35,286 nucleotides of DNA. Origin: an uncultured Thioalkalispiraceae bacterium. Its GTDB lineage: Bacteria; Pseudomonadota; Gammaproteobacteria; UBA6429; Thiohalophilaceae. The position numbers and the translations under genes are program-made. Within the stretch, counting starts at the first letter, position 1. Each line of letters begins with the position of its first letter. This document shows, piece after piece, positions 10,376 through 20,774 of the stretch. The stretch spans positions 1-35,286 of the forward strand of contig CAYYLL010000033.1 of the NCBI GenBank assembly GCA_964472525.1, written 5' to 3'. The notes beneath the pieces were generated by a model. That model worked only from the letters and a program-made list of their open reading frames with translations. It did not search any database and had not been told where the DNA came from.

Positions 10376-11494
10376 TTAAATGACAACCAATTCAGCCTGA
10401 AGCGCACCCACTTCTTTTAAGGCCTCTAAAATTGCCACTAAATCACCCGGAGCCGCACCCACCTGATTAACCGCCCGTACAATTTCATTCAGAGAAACCC
10501 CAGGATTAAAAACAAACATTTTATTTTTTTCTTGTTTAATATTGATATCGGATACAGGTACAACGGCTGTTTTACCTTCGGATAAAGGCGTTGGTTGATT
10601 CACTTTAGATGATTCCGTAATGGTTACCGTTAAACTACCATGAGAAACCGCTGCCGGTAACACATGCACATACTTACCAATAACAACGGTACCCGTTCTT
10701 GAATTTATAATAATTTTAGCCGGTGCTTCACCCGGTTTAATAATTAAATTTTCTAAAAAAGATATAAAGGATACACGTTGCGCTGGATCTGAAGGTGCAT
10801 TAACACTCACCGATGCCGGATCAATAGAATGTGCCGAGCCAGGACCCACTGCATTATTAATCACCTCAGCCAAACGTGTGGATGTTGTAAAGTCAGCCTG
10901 ATGCAAATTTAAAACAATTTCGCTGGCATCACCAAAGGGAGTATCAATAACACGCTCCACCATTGCGCCACTTAATATACGTCCGGAACTAGGCACATTA
11001 ACCGTTATCTTTGAACCATCCAGGCCGCCAGCACCAAAACCACTCACCACCACATTGCCTTGAGCTATTGCATATATCTTATGATCCATACCACGTAACG
11101 GTGTCATTAATAAACTACCACCACGTAAACTTTTTGCTCCACCTATTGAAGCAACAGTGACATTAATCTTTTGCCCTTTTTTGGAGAAAGCCGGTAAAAC
11201 AGCATGGATTACAACAGCCGCCACATTTTTTGTTTTCAGTGTCGCCTTAGGAGGAATATTAATACCTAACCGCGATAACATGCTTTTCATACTCTGATCA
11301 GTCACTGCACCCGAACCATCGCCGGTACCATTCAGTCCAACAACCAGACCGTAACCCACCAGAGGATTACTGCGTACTCCGGCAACGGTTGAAATATCCT
11401 TAATCCTATCTGCTTTTACAATTCCAGAACTCAGTCCAATGTAAAACAAGATGCCAACCAGAACAGTAAATTTAAATTCTTTTAGTGATAACAT
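10376..11494 (-). CDS. flgI: flagellar P-ring protein FlgI
   Basis: FlgI family; start moved to internal ATG (MLSLKEF..., signal peptide) with AGGAG 7 nt upstream, because the longer ORF overlaps flgH. Confidence 0.9.
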   Translation of the reverse strand: MLSLKEFKFTVLVGILFYIGLSSGIVKADRIKDISTVAGVRSNPLVGYGLVVGLNGTGDGSGAVTDQSMKSMLSRLGINIPPKATLKTKNVAAVVIHAVLPAFSKKGQKINVTVASIGGAKSLRGGSLLMTPLRGMDHKIYAIAQGNVVVSGFGAGGLDGSKITVNVPSSGRILSGAMVERVIDTPFGDASEIVLNLHQADFTTSTRLAEVINNAVGPGSAHSIDPASVSVNAPSDPAQRVSFISFLENLIIKPGEAPAKIIINSRTGTVVIGKYVHVLPAAVSHGSLTVTITESSKVNQPTPLSEGKTAVVPVSDINIKQEKNKMFVFNPGVSLNEIVRAVNQVGAAPGDLVAILEALKEVGALQAELVVI

Positions 11495-11529
11495 TTTATT
11501 TCTCCTGTTTACATCAAGCCCAATATTGT

Positions 11530-12213
11530 CTAGTACGGCCATGCTTTACCCTGAAAGAATCGACCTAACGCACCCATGCTGTTTGCAGATGAAATCGTTC
11601 CATTGCCTGCATACATAACATGCACATTAGCAACCCGTTTAGATTCCACGGTATTGTCTGGTTTAATGTCCTGTGGCCGAACAATGCCAGAGAAACGTAT
11701 AAATTCTTCTGACTGATTCAAAAGTACTAACTTTTCTCCACGTATCACCAAATTTCTATTCGGCAATACTTTAGCAACAGTCACCGAGATTGAGCCTGAA
11801 AAACTGCTGTTCTGCGCACTGGTTCCCTGACCATTAAATTCTCGCTTTGCCTTAAGTTCATTATTCAAAATTTCTTTACCATTTTTTGTGACTTTATCAC
11901 CGGCTAATTTTGGACTCGGTAAATCAACTTTTTGATCCTTGGTTGCACTGGTATTAGCCGTCGAGCTCGCATTGGTGTTTTCATTCAAGACAATAGTTAA
12001 AATATCGCCAATATTGCGTGCATTATTATCATCAAATAAACCAACGTTCATTTCCGGGCGAAAAATAGCACCGTTATCGTCTTTTGGTAATTTAATAACA
12101 ACCGGTGGTGTCGCTTTAAACGATTCTTTCTCATGCTCTTTTTTTACGAGCGAACATGCGGATATGGCACTCATAAGTAAAATAATAAATCCTGTTTTAA
12201 TTTGCTTTTTCAT
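11530..12213 (-). CDS. flgH: flagellar L-ring lipoprotein FlgH
   Basis: Signal peptide with lipobox (LMSAISAC), FlgH family, gene order. Confidence 0.9.
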   Translation of the reverse strand: MKKQIKTGFIILLMSAISACSLVKKEHEKESFKATPPVVIKLPKDDNGAIFRPEMNVGLFDDNNARNIGDILTIVLNENTNASSTANTSATKDQKVDLPSPKLAGDKVTKNGKEILNNELKAKREFNGQGTSAQNSSFSGSISVTVAKVLPNRNLVIRGEKLVLLNQSEEFIRFSGIVRPQDIKPDNTVESKRVANVHVMYAGNGTISSANSMGALGRFFQGKAWPY

Positions 12214-12245
12214 TCTTTACTCATTGCGTATTTATTGGGGACTGA

Positions 12246-13031
12246 CTATAAATTATTGTTTACGTACTGAAGCATTTGATCAGCCGTTGAAATGGCTTTT
12301 GAATTCATTTCATAAGCACGTTGTGTTTCAATCATGTTCACCAGTTCTTCAACAATATTGACATTTGAACTTTCAAGAGAGCCCTGAATAAGGCTACCAA
12401 AACTAAGGGAGTCGGGTGAGGCTACTTGTGCAGGTCCACTCGCCGCTGTTTCACCTAACATATTTCCACCTAAAGATTGCAAGCCACCGGGGTTAACAAA
12501 ATCAGCCAATTGAATAGTTCCCACCTGCGAAGGAACAGCATTACCCGGTTGAGTAACCGAAACCGTACCATCAACGCCAATAGTGACACTCAATGAATTA
12601 GCGGGAATACTAATATCGGGTTGCAAACGATAACCGGATGAATTAACAATTTGTCCGGCAGCACTTACCTGAAATTCACCATTACGGGTATAACCAATGT
12701 TTCCATTAGGTAAAAGGATCTGAAAAAAACCACGCCCTTCAATGGCCATATCAAAAGGATTGGCTGTTTGTAATAAATTCCCCTGTTGATATAATTTTTG
12801 TGTTGCAACCGTTCGCACCCCCGTACCGAGTGACAAACCTGAAGGTAATTCTGTTTCCTGACTACTTTGGCCACCCGGCTGGCGAACATTTTGATAGATT
12901 AAATCTTCAAAAACGGCACGTGCGCGTTTAAAACCAGTTGTATTCACATTTGCCAGATTATTGGAAATAATCGACAATCTATTTTGTTGCGCATCCAAAC
13001 CTGTTTTTGCTATCCATAATGGTTGAGCCAT
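12246..13031 (-). CDS. flgG: flagellar distal rod protein FlgG
   Basis: 261 aa, rod-family N/C termini ([35 protein letters not shown]). Confidence 0.9.
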   Translation of the reverse strand: MAQPLWIAKTGLDAQQNRLSIISNNLANVNTTGFKRARAVFEDLIYQNVRQPGGQSSQETELPSGLSLGTGVRTVATQKLYQQGNLLQTANPFDMAIEGRGFFQILLPNGNIGYTRNGEFQVSAAGQIVNSSGYRLQPDISIPANSLSVTIGVDGTVSVTQPGNAVPSQVGTIQLADFVNPGGLQSLGGNMLGETAASGPAQVASPDSLSFGSLIQGSLESSNVNIVEELVNMIETQRAYEMNSKAISTADQMLQYVNNNL

Positions 13032-13062
13032 TAGCTTTTACTCCAAATAATGTTTGTTAAAT

Positions 13063-13803
13063 CTAGGCAATATTAATTAACCGCATTGCATATTCATCAT
13101 TATCTTCTGCGGTTTTCATCATCTTCACTTGCATTTCAAACTGGCGAGCCAGTTCAATCATGTTAACCAACTCCGATGCAATATTAACGTTGCTACCTTC
13201 TAATACTCCTGACAACAATTCGACTTTTGCGTCAGCCGGTTCGACTTCATTATCACCAACATGAAAAAGTCCATCGTTACCTTTATGCACTGTTTTTAAA
13301 TCTGGATTAACTAATTTAATACGGTCCACAATATTCACAACTTCGGCACCATCTGTTTGGGTTATCACGCTGACTGTTCCATCGGTACCAATTTCAATGC
13401 GTTTCGCCGGTGGTAGAGTAATTGGACCCCCATCACCCATCACGGTTAATCCATTCGCTGTTTCAAGCAACCCTGTTGAAGTGACCTGTAACCCACCTGC
13501 ACGTGTATAGGCTTCATTACCATCTTTAGCTTGTACGGCAATAAAACCTTGTCCTTTAATAGCAACATCTAATGCACGGCCAGTAGTTTGAATCGAACCA
13601 GAATTAAAGTCTGTTCCTTCACGTTCGGTCATTGAAAACACACGGGTTGGAAAACCATCGCCGAAAAGAGGCATACTGCGTGCGGCAGCAAGATCCGCTT
13701 TAAAACCCGTGGTACTCACGTTAGCAATGTTATTTGCATTATGTGCTTGCGCTAACATATTTTGTTTCGCACCACTCATTGCAACATATAACATTCTATC
13801 CAT
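13063..13803 (-). CDS. flgF: flagellar proximal rod protein FlgF
   Basis: 246 aa rod family protein preceding flgG. Confidence 0.9.
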   Translation of the reverse strand: MDRMLYVAMSGAKQNMLAQAHNANNIANVSTTGFKADLAAARSMPLFGDGFPTRVFSMTEREGTDFNSGSIQTTGRALDVAIKGQGFIAVQAKDGNEAYTRAGGLQVTSTGLLETANGLTVMGDGGPITLPPAKRIEIGTDGTVSVITQTDGAEVVNIVDRIKLVNPDLKTVHKGNDGLFHVGDNEVEPADAKVELLSGVLEGSNVNIASELVNMIELARQFEMQVKMMKTAEDNDEYAMRLINIA

Positions 13804-13845
13804 TACGCACCTTTACTATTGTAAAAAATTTATTTAGCCTAATTA

Positions 13846-15102
13846 TTAACGTATGTTAATAATTGTTTGTGTAACCGTATCAGCCGTGGTGATCACCTGT
13901 GCATTTGCCTGAAAATTCCGTTGCGCTTTAATCATATTCACCAGTTGGCCGGTTAAATCAACATTCGATCCTTCCAATGCACCGGATTGCAGTTGTCCTA
14001 AACTACCTGAACCTGGCGTACCGACCAAAGGAACACCGGATGCAAAGCTCTCTGCCCAATTAGTATCACCCAGTTGTCTTAATCCTTGTGGATTAGAAAA
14101 ATCAGAAAGTGTTACCTGTCCGAGTGTTTTTGTTTGACCGTTACTGTATCGAGCACGAATAATACCGGTGTCATCAATATCAATGCCACTTAAACGCCCG
14201 GATGTATAGCCATTTTGAGTTAAAGCACTAACCGAAAACTTAGTACCAAATTGAGTGGTCGGCGTTGCTGCCTGTAAATTAAGGATGACATTAATTGGCA
14301 CCGCACCCGAACCCGTTTCAATACCGTTATAAACCAGTTCACCTGGAGGAGCAGCAGCACCATTAATAGATTCCAGTCCACCTGCACCATTAAATTTTAA
14401 TTTATCGCCAGTATAAGGAGGAGCCTGTCCGCCCTTTGCATCTTTCCCATCAACAAATAAATGTGTTGTCCAACTGTTAGGTTCGGCATCTTTAATGTAA
14501 TACATGGTAGACAAGTGCGGCGCACCTAATGAATCATAAACAGTCAACGAAGTTGAATGTGTGAAGGATGATGGTACTTCTGGATTAAACGGTAGTGTTG
14601 ATGGCGGACTTTGGGAGCTATCCAGATTAAGACCAACATCAATACGCGAGGTTGCTTTTGGAATAATATTAGAACGATCCAAACGCAATGGGCCTACCGC
14701 ACCCGAAATTTCACCTGAATCATCGGCATTATTAACAACCAGTTTATCGCTTGATGAGTTAACAACAAAGCCATCTCTATCGACTTTAAATGAACCCGCA
14801 CGAGTATAAGAACGGGAACCATTGTCATCTAAAACAAAAAATCCTCGACCATTAACTGCCAAATCCAGTTTGTTATCCGTAAATTCAATATTACCCTGAC
14901 CAAATTGTTGGCTCACACCGGATAAACGCACCCCCGCACCAATCGCATTGGAAGCACCGCCGTCCGTTGCAGCATAAACATCGGCAAACTCTGCACGCGA
15001 TGTTTTAAAACCTGTTGTACTTGCATTGGCAACGTTATTACCGATAACACGTAAATCTTGTGCGGCGGCATTAATACCACTGAGTGCTGCACGAAATGAC
15101 AT
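13846..15102 (-). CDS. flgE: flagellar hook protein FlgE
   Basis: 418 aa, hook-family termini, gene order flgD-flgE-flgF. Confidence 0.9.
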   Translation of the reverse strand: MSFRAALSGINAAAQDLRVIGNNVANASTTGFKTSRAEFADVYAATDGGASNAIGAGVRLSGVSQQFGQGNIEFTDNKLDLAVNGRGFFVLDDNGSRSYTRAGSFKVDRDGFVVNSSSDKLVVNNADDSGEISGAVGPLRLDRSNIIPKATSRIDVGLNLDSSQSPPSTLPFNPEVPSSFTHSTSLTVYDSLGAPHLSTMYYIKDAEPNSWTTHLFVDGKDAKGGQAPPYTGDKLKFNGAGGLESINGAAAPPGELVYNGIETGSGAVPINVILNLQAATPTTQFGTKFSVSALTQNGYTSGRLSGIDIDDTGIIRARYSNGQTKTLGQVTLSDFSNPQGLRQLGDTNWAESFASGVPLVGTPGSGSLGQLQSGALEGSNVDLTGQLVNMIKAQRNFQANAQVITTADTVTQTIINIR

Positions 15103-15165
15103 AATCTTTCTCCTTTAATAACGACTCAATATATAAAAGTTGCTAATTATAAATAAATTAACGTT

Positions 15166-15888
15166 CTACATTATTTTTAAAACTTCAGACATTTTAGCCT
15201 GACCGGCATTCGTTAAATTTAACGTCATCGGTTGTCCCGCATGACCGACGCTAACACTGTCAACCATATCAAACACAAGTGTATCAACACCCTGTTTTTC
15301 ATTATCAATACTGGCATAAGCTTCCATCGTATATTTCCCAGGCAAAGACATTACTAATTTCCCTTCACCTTTGGCTAGCTTATCGTCCTGTTTTGTTTTT
15401 CCGTCCCAGCTAAAATCAATTTTTCCTGCTGAGCGAGCCCCAAGGTTAATTTCTTTAACCACTTCACCTCGTGAATTTTTAATATTGACTATCAGTTCAT
15501 CGGTTGCCACTTTTAAATCCGCAGAGGCTTGAACTTCAAAAGGTTTACTCATATTTTGATTAATACGGAAATCATTACCCGGAACCAATACTTTTCGTCC
15601 AACCATACTGGTAGCTTGCAACGCCTGATTAGACTGCATGGTATCGGCTAAATTCTTAAAGGAATCCTTAATGTCTTTTAAACCACTCACTGCACTAAAT
15701 TGTGCCATCTGAGTCAGGAACTCACCGTTAGCCATGGGCTTAAAGGGATCCTGATGATTCATTTGTGCTAACATCAAGTCCATAAAATCTTCCTGACCAA
15801 GATGTTTTTTCTCGGCCGATTTTTTATTTTGGCTGGGAGCTAATCCAATATCATCAAAAGATGAAATTTTGTTATTAATCGGTTCCAT
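15166..15888 (-). CDS. flgD: flagellar hook cap/assembly protein FlgD
   Basis: 240 aa, FlgD-like, between flgC and flgE. Confidence 0.85.
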   Translation of the reverse strand: MEPINNKISSFDDIGLAPSQNKKSAEKKHLGQEDFMDLMLAQMNHQDPFKPMANGEFLTQMAQFSAVSGLKDIKDSFKNLADTMQSNQALQATSMVGRKVLVPGNDFRINQNMSKPFEVQASADLKVATDELIVNIKNSRGEVVKEINLGARSAGKIDFSWDGKTKQDDKLAKGEGKLVMSLPGKYTMEAYASIDNEKQGVDTLVFDMVDSVSVGHAGQPMTLNLTNAGQAKMSEVLKIM

Positions 15889-15943
15889 AATCTTGCCTGT
15901 ATTTCCTGATTTATCTCAATCAATCATTCGCTGTTAAATATTT

Positions 15944-16357
15944 CTATTGGCCAAGCTGCAAGGTACGCATTAGCATTTTCTTGGCTGTTGTCATCACTTC
16001 AACATTCGACTGATACGAACGTGAAGCTGAAATCATGTCTGCCATTTCTTCAACCATATTTACATTAGGTAAATGGATGTAGCCTTCTTTATCTGCCATC
16101 GGATTATCTGGGGCATACTCAGCACGTAATGGTTTATTACTTTCTACAATCCCTAATACCCGCACGCCGACTGCTTTTTTCTCATCCGAAAAGTCCTGCA
16201 CCATCGGAGCAAACACAGGATGTCTTGCTCGGTAGGTAGTACCTATACTGCTACTAAGACTGTTTGCATTCGCCATGTTGCTTGAAATTGTATTCAAACG
16301 TAACGTTTGCGCTTGCAAAGCAGAACCTGATATTCCAAAAACATTAAACAATGACAT
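15944..16357 (-). CDS. flgC: flagellar proximal rod protein FlgC
   Basis: 137 aa rod protein, conserved N-term MSLFNVFGISGSALQAQ. Confidence 0.9.
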   Translation of the reverse strand: MSLFNVFGISGSALQAQTLRLNTISSNMANANSLSSSIGTTYRARHPVFAPMVQDFSDEKKAVGVRVLGIVESNKPLRAEYAPDNPMADKEGYIHLPNVNMVEEMADMISASRSYQSNVEVMTTAKKMLMRTLQLGQ

Positions 16358-16406
16358 ACGTAATTTCCTATTAATAACTCTTTATTTTACCTGTTTGTTG
16401 CCCAAG

Positions 16407-16808
16407 CTAGTCACCACGAATAGCTGACATTAATGTACTGATTTTACCGTTAAGAAAACGCAGACTTGCCATATAACGAATAGCGTTATCATTAAAAGCC
16501 GACATTTCAACTTGTGACTCAACCGTATTGCCATCCAAAGAAGCCTGATAGGGCATACGGAATAATGTTTCAAAACGGTAATCTGATTTCTCAGGCTGAA
16601 TATGTTTTGAACTGGTTTCAACCAACGGTTTATTGCCAAAAGGATTTCGAATAGCTGCCTGTAAAGACGCATTAAAATCAAAATCTTTTGCTTTATAATT
16701 GGGTGTTTCGGCATTTGCCAGATTCGAAGACAGCAGCTCGGTACGGCGAGCTTGTAAATATAAAGCCTGCTCATGAAGATTAAAGGTACTACCGAATGAA
16801 AATGACAT
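16407..16808 (-). CDS. flgB: flagellar proximal rod protein FlgB
   Basis: 133 aa, first gene of flgBCDEFGHIJKL operon. Confidence 0.9.
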   Translation of the reverse strand: MSFSFGSTFNLHEQALYLQARRTELLSSNLANAETPNYKAKDFDFNASLQAAIRNPFGNKPLVETSSKHIQPEKSDYRFETLFRMPYQASLDGNTVESQVEMSAFNDNAIRYMASLRFLNGKISTLMSAIRGD

Positions 16809-16841
16809 TGTCTTATCCTGTTTAAAACTGTAAATGACTTG

Positions 16842-16859
16842 TTAGAGCTAGTTGCAACA
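16842..16859 (-). promoter_or_regulatory. candidate sigma54 (-24/-12) promoter for flgB operon: minus strand reads TTGGCAT-AGCTG-TTGCA
   Basis: GG and GC elements with correct 10-nt spacing; close match to TGGCAC-N5-TTGCA; lies 35-50 bp upstream of flgB ATG, consistent with FlrC/FleR-dependent flgB promoters. Confidence 0.5.
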
Positions 16860-17028
16860 GCTATGCCAAGTTTAATTTATAGTTTATTCAAGGACTTACA
16901 GATGGAGGTGGCGGCAAAAAGAAAGCTAAACGGCAATCCTTTACCTACCAACCAGAAGAATATATAAAATGAGTATCTCGTTAAAAGCTAGAATGGATTT
17001 AAAGCAGTACAAAAATAGATGACAACAA

Positions 17029-17862
17029 TCACTTCAAGCGGTATACAACACCGGCTTTAAACTTAACCATTTCATATAGATCACAATATCCCGTGGGAGA
17101 CTCAGAGCCACCCAGAAAAAGATAACCACCGGGATTAAGCAATTTTGCCATACGCACCAGAATGTCCGTTTTAATTTCGGCTGAAAAATAAATTAAAACG
17201 TTTCGACAAAATATAATGTCAAATTTACCCAGTATTGAATAATTTTTTAATAAATTTAATTCTGAAAATTTGCAACGGCCGCTGATTTCCGGACGAACTT
17301 TATAGCCACCGTCATTTTGATCAACAAAAAACCGTTTAAGCCTTTCTGTGGACAAACCGCGCGCCAAACTCAACTCGTCATATTTGGCTTCACGCGCATG
17401 TTTAAGAACCGTTGGTGAAATATCAGTTCCGACTATTTCCAAACGTCCGCTGAACTTTCCAGGATTTTTGGCCTGATACTCTGAGAAGGTCATGCTAATT
17501 GAATACGCTTCTTGGCCGGAGGAACTCGCCGAAGACCAGATACGCATTGACGGTTTTTTAGTTTTTGCTATTTCGTTAAAAAGTTCAGTATATAAAATTT
17601 CGAATGGATACTTGTCTCTAAACCAACTTGTTTCATTCGTTGTCATCGCATCGATAATTTTTTCTTTTAATTCTATATTATTTACCTGTTTTAATTTGTC
17701 TATCATCCCGCTAAGCGAAGCAAATTTAAACTCAATCAATAAACGTGAAAGACGGCTTGTCACCAAATAATGTTTGTTTTCACCTAGTACGATACCACAG
17801 GCATCCTCAAGAAATGTTCTAAAACTTTCATAGTCTTGTTTTGATAATGTATGTTGATTCAC
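17029..17862 (-). CDS. cheR: chemotaxis protein methyltransferase CheR
   Basis: SAM-dependent MTase motifs (VWSSASSSGQEAYS..., FCRNVLIYF), position between cheV and flgB as in Vibrio. Confidence 0.9.
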   Translation of the reverse strand: MNQHTLSKQDYESFRTFLEDACGIVLGENKHYLVTSRLSRLLIEFKFASLSGMIDKLKQVNNIELKEKIIDAMTTNETSWFRDKYPFEILYTELFNEIAKTKKPSMRIWSSASSSGQEAYSISMTFSEYQAKNPGKFSGRLEIVGTDISPTVLKHAREAKYDELSLARGLSTERLKRFFVDQNDGGYKVRPEISGRCKFSELNLLKNYSILGKFDIIFCRNVLIYFSAEIKTDILVRMAKLLNPGGYLFLGGSESPTGYCDLYEMVKFKAGVVYRLK

Positions 17863-17927
17863 TCAGCTATCTTCTTTATGTATTTTAAACTAGTTTAATA
17901 CACTCTAATAATATTTCTAATATTAAA

Positions 17928-18860
17928 TTATGAAATAATACCTTTCACCTGCAATATGTCTTTAACCTCACTGGCAAGTTCTTCTGCATTAAATTTTGGT
18001 ACAAATTTATCAGCACCTACTTTCGCAACCATTGATTGATTGAAAACACCGCTTAAAGATGTATGTAGCAGGATAGGTAATTTTTTTAATGCTTCACTTG
18101 CTCTGATTTCAGAAGTGAGTGTGTAACCATCCATTTCAGGCATTTCCACATCTGAAATAAGTACATCAATATGATCAGCTATATCGGAACCATCTTTAAT
18201 TAATGACTTTAAAATATTTAAACCATCAAGACCATTTTTGCCAATCGTACATTCCATACCCAGCTTATCTAAAGTACGTTTAATTTGATTACGTGCAACA
18301 GAAGAATCATCAACAACAAGTACACGAATAACCGTATCTTCTTTAGATTTAACCTCCATCGCATTATCCATACCACTAAGATCGACACCTAATAATTCTG
18401 CAAGAACTTTTTCTACATCAATAATTTCGACCAGTTCATCGTCCACTGATGTCACTGCGGTCATATAATTATCCTTACCTAATCCCTGTGGCGGTGTTTT
18501 AATATCCGACCAGTTCATGTTGACAATTCTATCGACACCGCTGGTTAAAAAACCCTGAACCTGACGATTATATTCTGTAATGATCAAATAATTAGTATCC
18601 GATTGTTGCAGTGGTCGTTTACCGATAGCTAACGCTAAGTCCAGCACCGAAATTGTTTTACCACGCATATTAGTCATGCCAACCACCACCGGTGATGAGT
18701 TGGTTATTTTTGTTAATGGTGGGCACATAATCACTTCTTGTACTTTAAATACATTAATACCAAACCGTTGCCGGCTACCTAAAGTAAAGAGTAATAATTC
18801 AAGCCTATTCTCACCCACTAAATTAGTACGTTGATCGACACCTTCAAGTATTCCGGCCAT
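17928..18860 (-). CDS. cheV: chemotaxis coupling protein CheV (CheW-like domain + receiver domain)
   Basis: N-terminal CheW-like domain and C-terminal REC domain (VLVVDDSSVARNQIKRTLDKLG ... DVEMPEMDG). Confidence 0.85.
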   Translation of the reverse strand: MAGILEGVDQRTNLVGENRLELLLFTLGSRQRFGINVFKVQEVIMCPPLTKITNSSPVVVGMTNMRGKTISVLDLALAIGKRPLQQSDTNYLIITEYNRQVQGFLTSGVDRIVNMNWSDIKTPPQGLGKDNYMTAVTSVDDELVEIIDVEKVLAELLGVDLSGMDNAMEVKSKEDTVIRVLVVDDSSVARNQIKRTLDKLGMECTIGKNGLDGLNILKSLIKDGSDIADHIDVLISDVEMPEMDGYTLTSEIRASEALKKLPILLHTSLSGVFNQSMVAKVGADKFVPKFNAEELASEVKDILQVKGIIS

Positions 18861-18913
18861 GATTTCACCTTAAAAATTTATTAATACATGGAATTGATTG
18901 AGTTACAGAAAAG

Positions 18914-18921
18914 TTATCGGC
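18914..18921 (-). promoter_or_regulatory. sigma28-type -10 element (GCCGATAA on minus strand) about 55 bp upstream of cheV
   Basis: Perfect GCCGATAA octamer; -35 partner (TAAAG...) only partial (TCAAGTAAG 11 nt upstream). Confidence 0.3.
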
Positions 18922-19128
18922 TAAATAAAGACTTACTTGAATATCTTATGGCATAGATATGAAATTCTTATCTATACCGAAATGGCATATGTATTGCTTA
19001 ATAATATCTACAAACTATTTTTTAGGCAGGATTAAATAACATCAGCCTATAAAATCAACGGGTTATAGATTCTAATTGTTTAAGCGTCAAAAAGCCGACG
19101 AAATAATGACTAATAATTTGGCAGATTT

Positions 19129-19833
19129 ATGAAAAACAGCTTTTTAAATTATTCCTATGCGCTCTTATTGAGTAGCTTATTACTGTTATTTACAAACGCT
19201 GCGCAAGGTTCTATTTACCAGTCACCCACGTCCATTACACAAGCGGTCAGCAGCTTTCTTAAAAACTACTTAAAGACAACTGACTTTACGGTGACATCCG
19301 TTGATAAACGCTTGCGACTTAAAGCTTGTGCAAATAATTTAAGAACTCAGTTCCCTCAATATGCGGAAGAACTTGGCCGTACCACCGTTGAAGTGAGTTG
19401 TAATGGCCCCAAAGCATGGAAAATTCTGGTTTCGGTTTACATCCAAAAATATTTAAATATTATCGCTAGTAAGCACAGCCTACCTTCTGGCAGTGTCATT
19501 CAAGCATCTGATATTAAACTGACACGTAGAGATGTTAGTCGTATTCACGGTGGTTATTTTACTCAACTATCACAAATGACCCACATGGTAGTGCGGCGAC
19601 CATTAAAATCTGGAAAAATTATTTCACCATCTATGCTAACGCCTAAACGGCTAGTACAACGTGGTGACGAAGTTCTTATTCTTGCCACAACAGAGCATTT
19701 AACTATCCGTGTAAAAGGCAAGGCATTAATGAGTGGCGTTCTTGGGCAGCGTATTAGGGTTAAAAACATTCACAGCAAGCGTATTTTTCAGGCGACTGTG
19801 ATATCAAACGGGCTGGTAAGAGTAAATATGTGA
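19129..19833 (+). CDS. flgA: flagellar basal-body P-ring formation chaperone FlgA
   Basis: Signal peptide, C-terminal SAF/FlgA domain (KGKALMSGVLGQRIRVKN...), divergent from cheV/flgB. Confidence 0.85.
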   Translation: MKNSFLNYSYALLLSSLLLLFTNAAQGSIYQSPTSITQAVSSFLKNYLKTTDFTVTSVDKRLRLKACANNLRTQFPQYAEELGRTTVEVSCNGPKAWKILVSVYIQKYLNIIASKHSLPSGSVIQASDIKLTRRDVSRIHGGYFTQLSQMTHMVVRRPLKSGKIISPSMLTPKRLVQRGDEVLILATTEHLTIRVKGKALMSGVLGQRIRVKNIHSKRIFQATVISNGLVRVNM

Positions 19834-19874
19834 TTTTATTCGTTATTTATCTTTATCAGGTGTAATATCATCGC

Positions 19875-19901
19875 TAAAGTTTCCGGCTATCTGGCCGCTA
19901 T
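19875..19901 (+). promoter_or_regulatory. sigma28 (FliA) promoter upstream of flgM: TAAAGTTT-N11-GCCGCTAT
   Basis: Perfect -35 octamer TAAAGTTT, 11-nt spacer, -10 GCCGCTAT (6/8 to GCCGATAA); 40 bp upstream of flgM ATG. Confidence 0.6.
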
Positions 19902-19940
19902 AACGGTAGCGTAACTATAAACAGGCTTTGGAGCAGTAAA

Positions 19941-20264
19941 ATGCCTCACGATATATCAGGAATCAATTCGAATAAATCATCCCAGTTGGGTGATCGAAAT
20001 GTTACGCAAGTCAAAAAATCTGACGATGCCGCAAAATCTACTAAGAGCAGCACAAGCACAGCAACAGCGGGAGACAAAGTCACGCTTACCGATACTGCTG
20101 CAAAATTAAAAGCACTGGAATTGGGGTTAGCCAATCAACCTGCCGTTGATGACAACAAAGTAAAAGATGTACAGACAAGTCTTCAAAATGGCAGTTACAA
20201 GATGGACCCAGAACGTATTGCCGATAAAATGATTAACTTCGAATCTGCTTTTAATGACAGCTAA
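19941..20264 (+). CDS. flgM: anti-sigma-28 factor FlgM
   Basis: 107 aa, C-terminal FlgM sigma28-binding region (DPERIADKMINFE). Confidence 0.85.
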   Translation: MPHDISGINSNKSSQLGDRNVTQVKKSDDAAKSTKSSTSTATAGDKVTLTDTAAKLKALELGLANQPAVDDNKVKDVQTSLQNGSYKMDPERIADKMINFESAFNDS

Positions 20265-20760
20265 ACTTGCCATGCAAAATACGGCCTTAACACGAAAATT
20301 TATTCCCTTACTTGAAGATATCGCCAATTATCTTGAGCAGTTATTCCATGCGCTAGAAAATGAATATCAAGCCTTGTCGGATAATAATCTTCCGGCCATT
20401 GAAGCTATTGCCCAGGAAAAAGTGTTGCTAATGGAGCAGCTTGAAGACTTAAATAAAGAACGCCGACTGCTACTAGAAGAAGCTGGACTCAACCTATCAG
20501 CAACGGGTATTGACAATTTTTTCAACAGCAGCACCATTAATAATAACCCTAGCTTAAAAACATTATGGGGAAGTATTTCAACACTGTCGACACAATGCGA
20601 AAAGCAGAACAACATCAATGGTATTATTATTGACAATAATAAACGCCATACCGAAAATGCCCTATCCATATTACAGGGCAAGCAACAAACAACAGAATTA
20701 TACTCCAGTAAAGGTCAGTCGATTAAAATGGCCAAAAAACAAACGCTTATTCGAGCATAA
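20254..20760 (+). CDS. flgN: flagellar export chaperone FlgN
   Basis: 168 aa helical protein after flgM; true start may be the ATG at 20272 (MQNTALTRKF...). Confidence 0.75.
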   Translation: MTAKLAMQNTALTRKFIPLLEDIANYLEQLFHALENEYQALSDNNLPAIEAIAQEKVLLMEQLEDLNKERRLLLEEAGLNLSATGIDNFFNSSTINNNPSLKTLWGSISTLSTQCEKQNNINGIIIDNNKRHTENALSILQGKQQTTELYSSKGQSIKMAKKQTLIRA

Positions 20761-20774
20761 CCCATCTGAATTTA

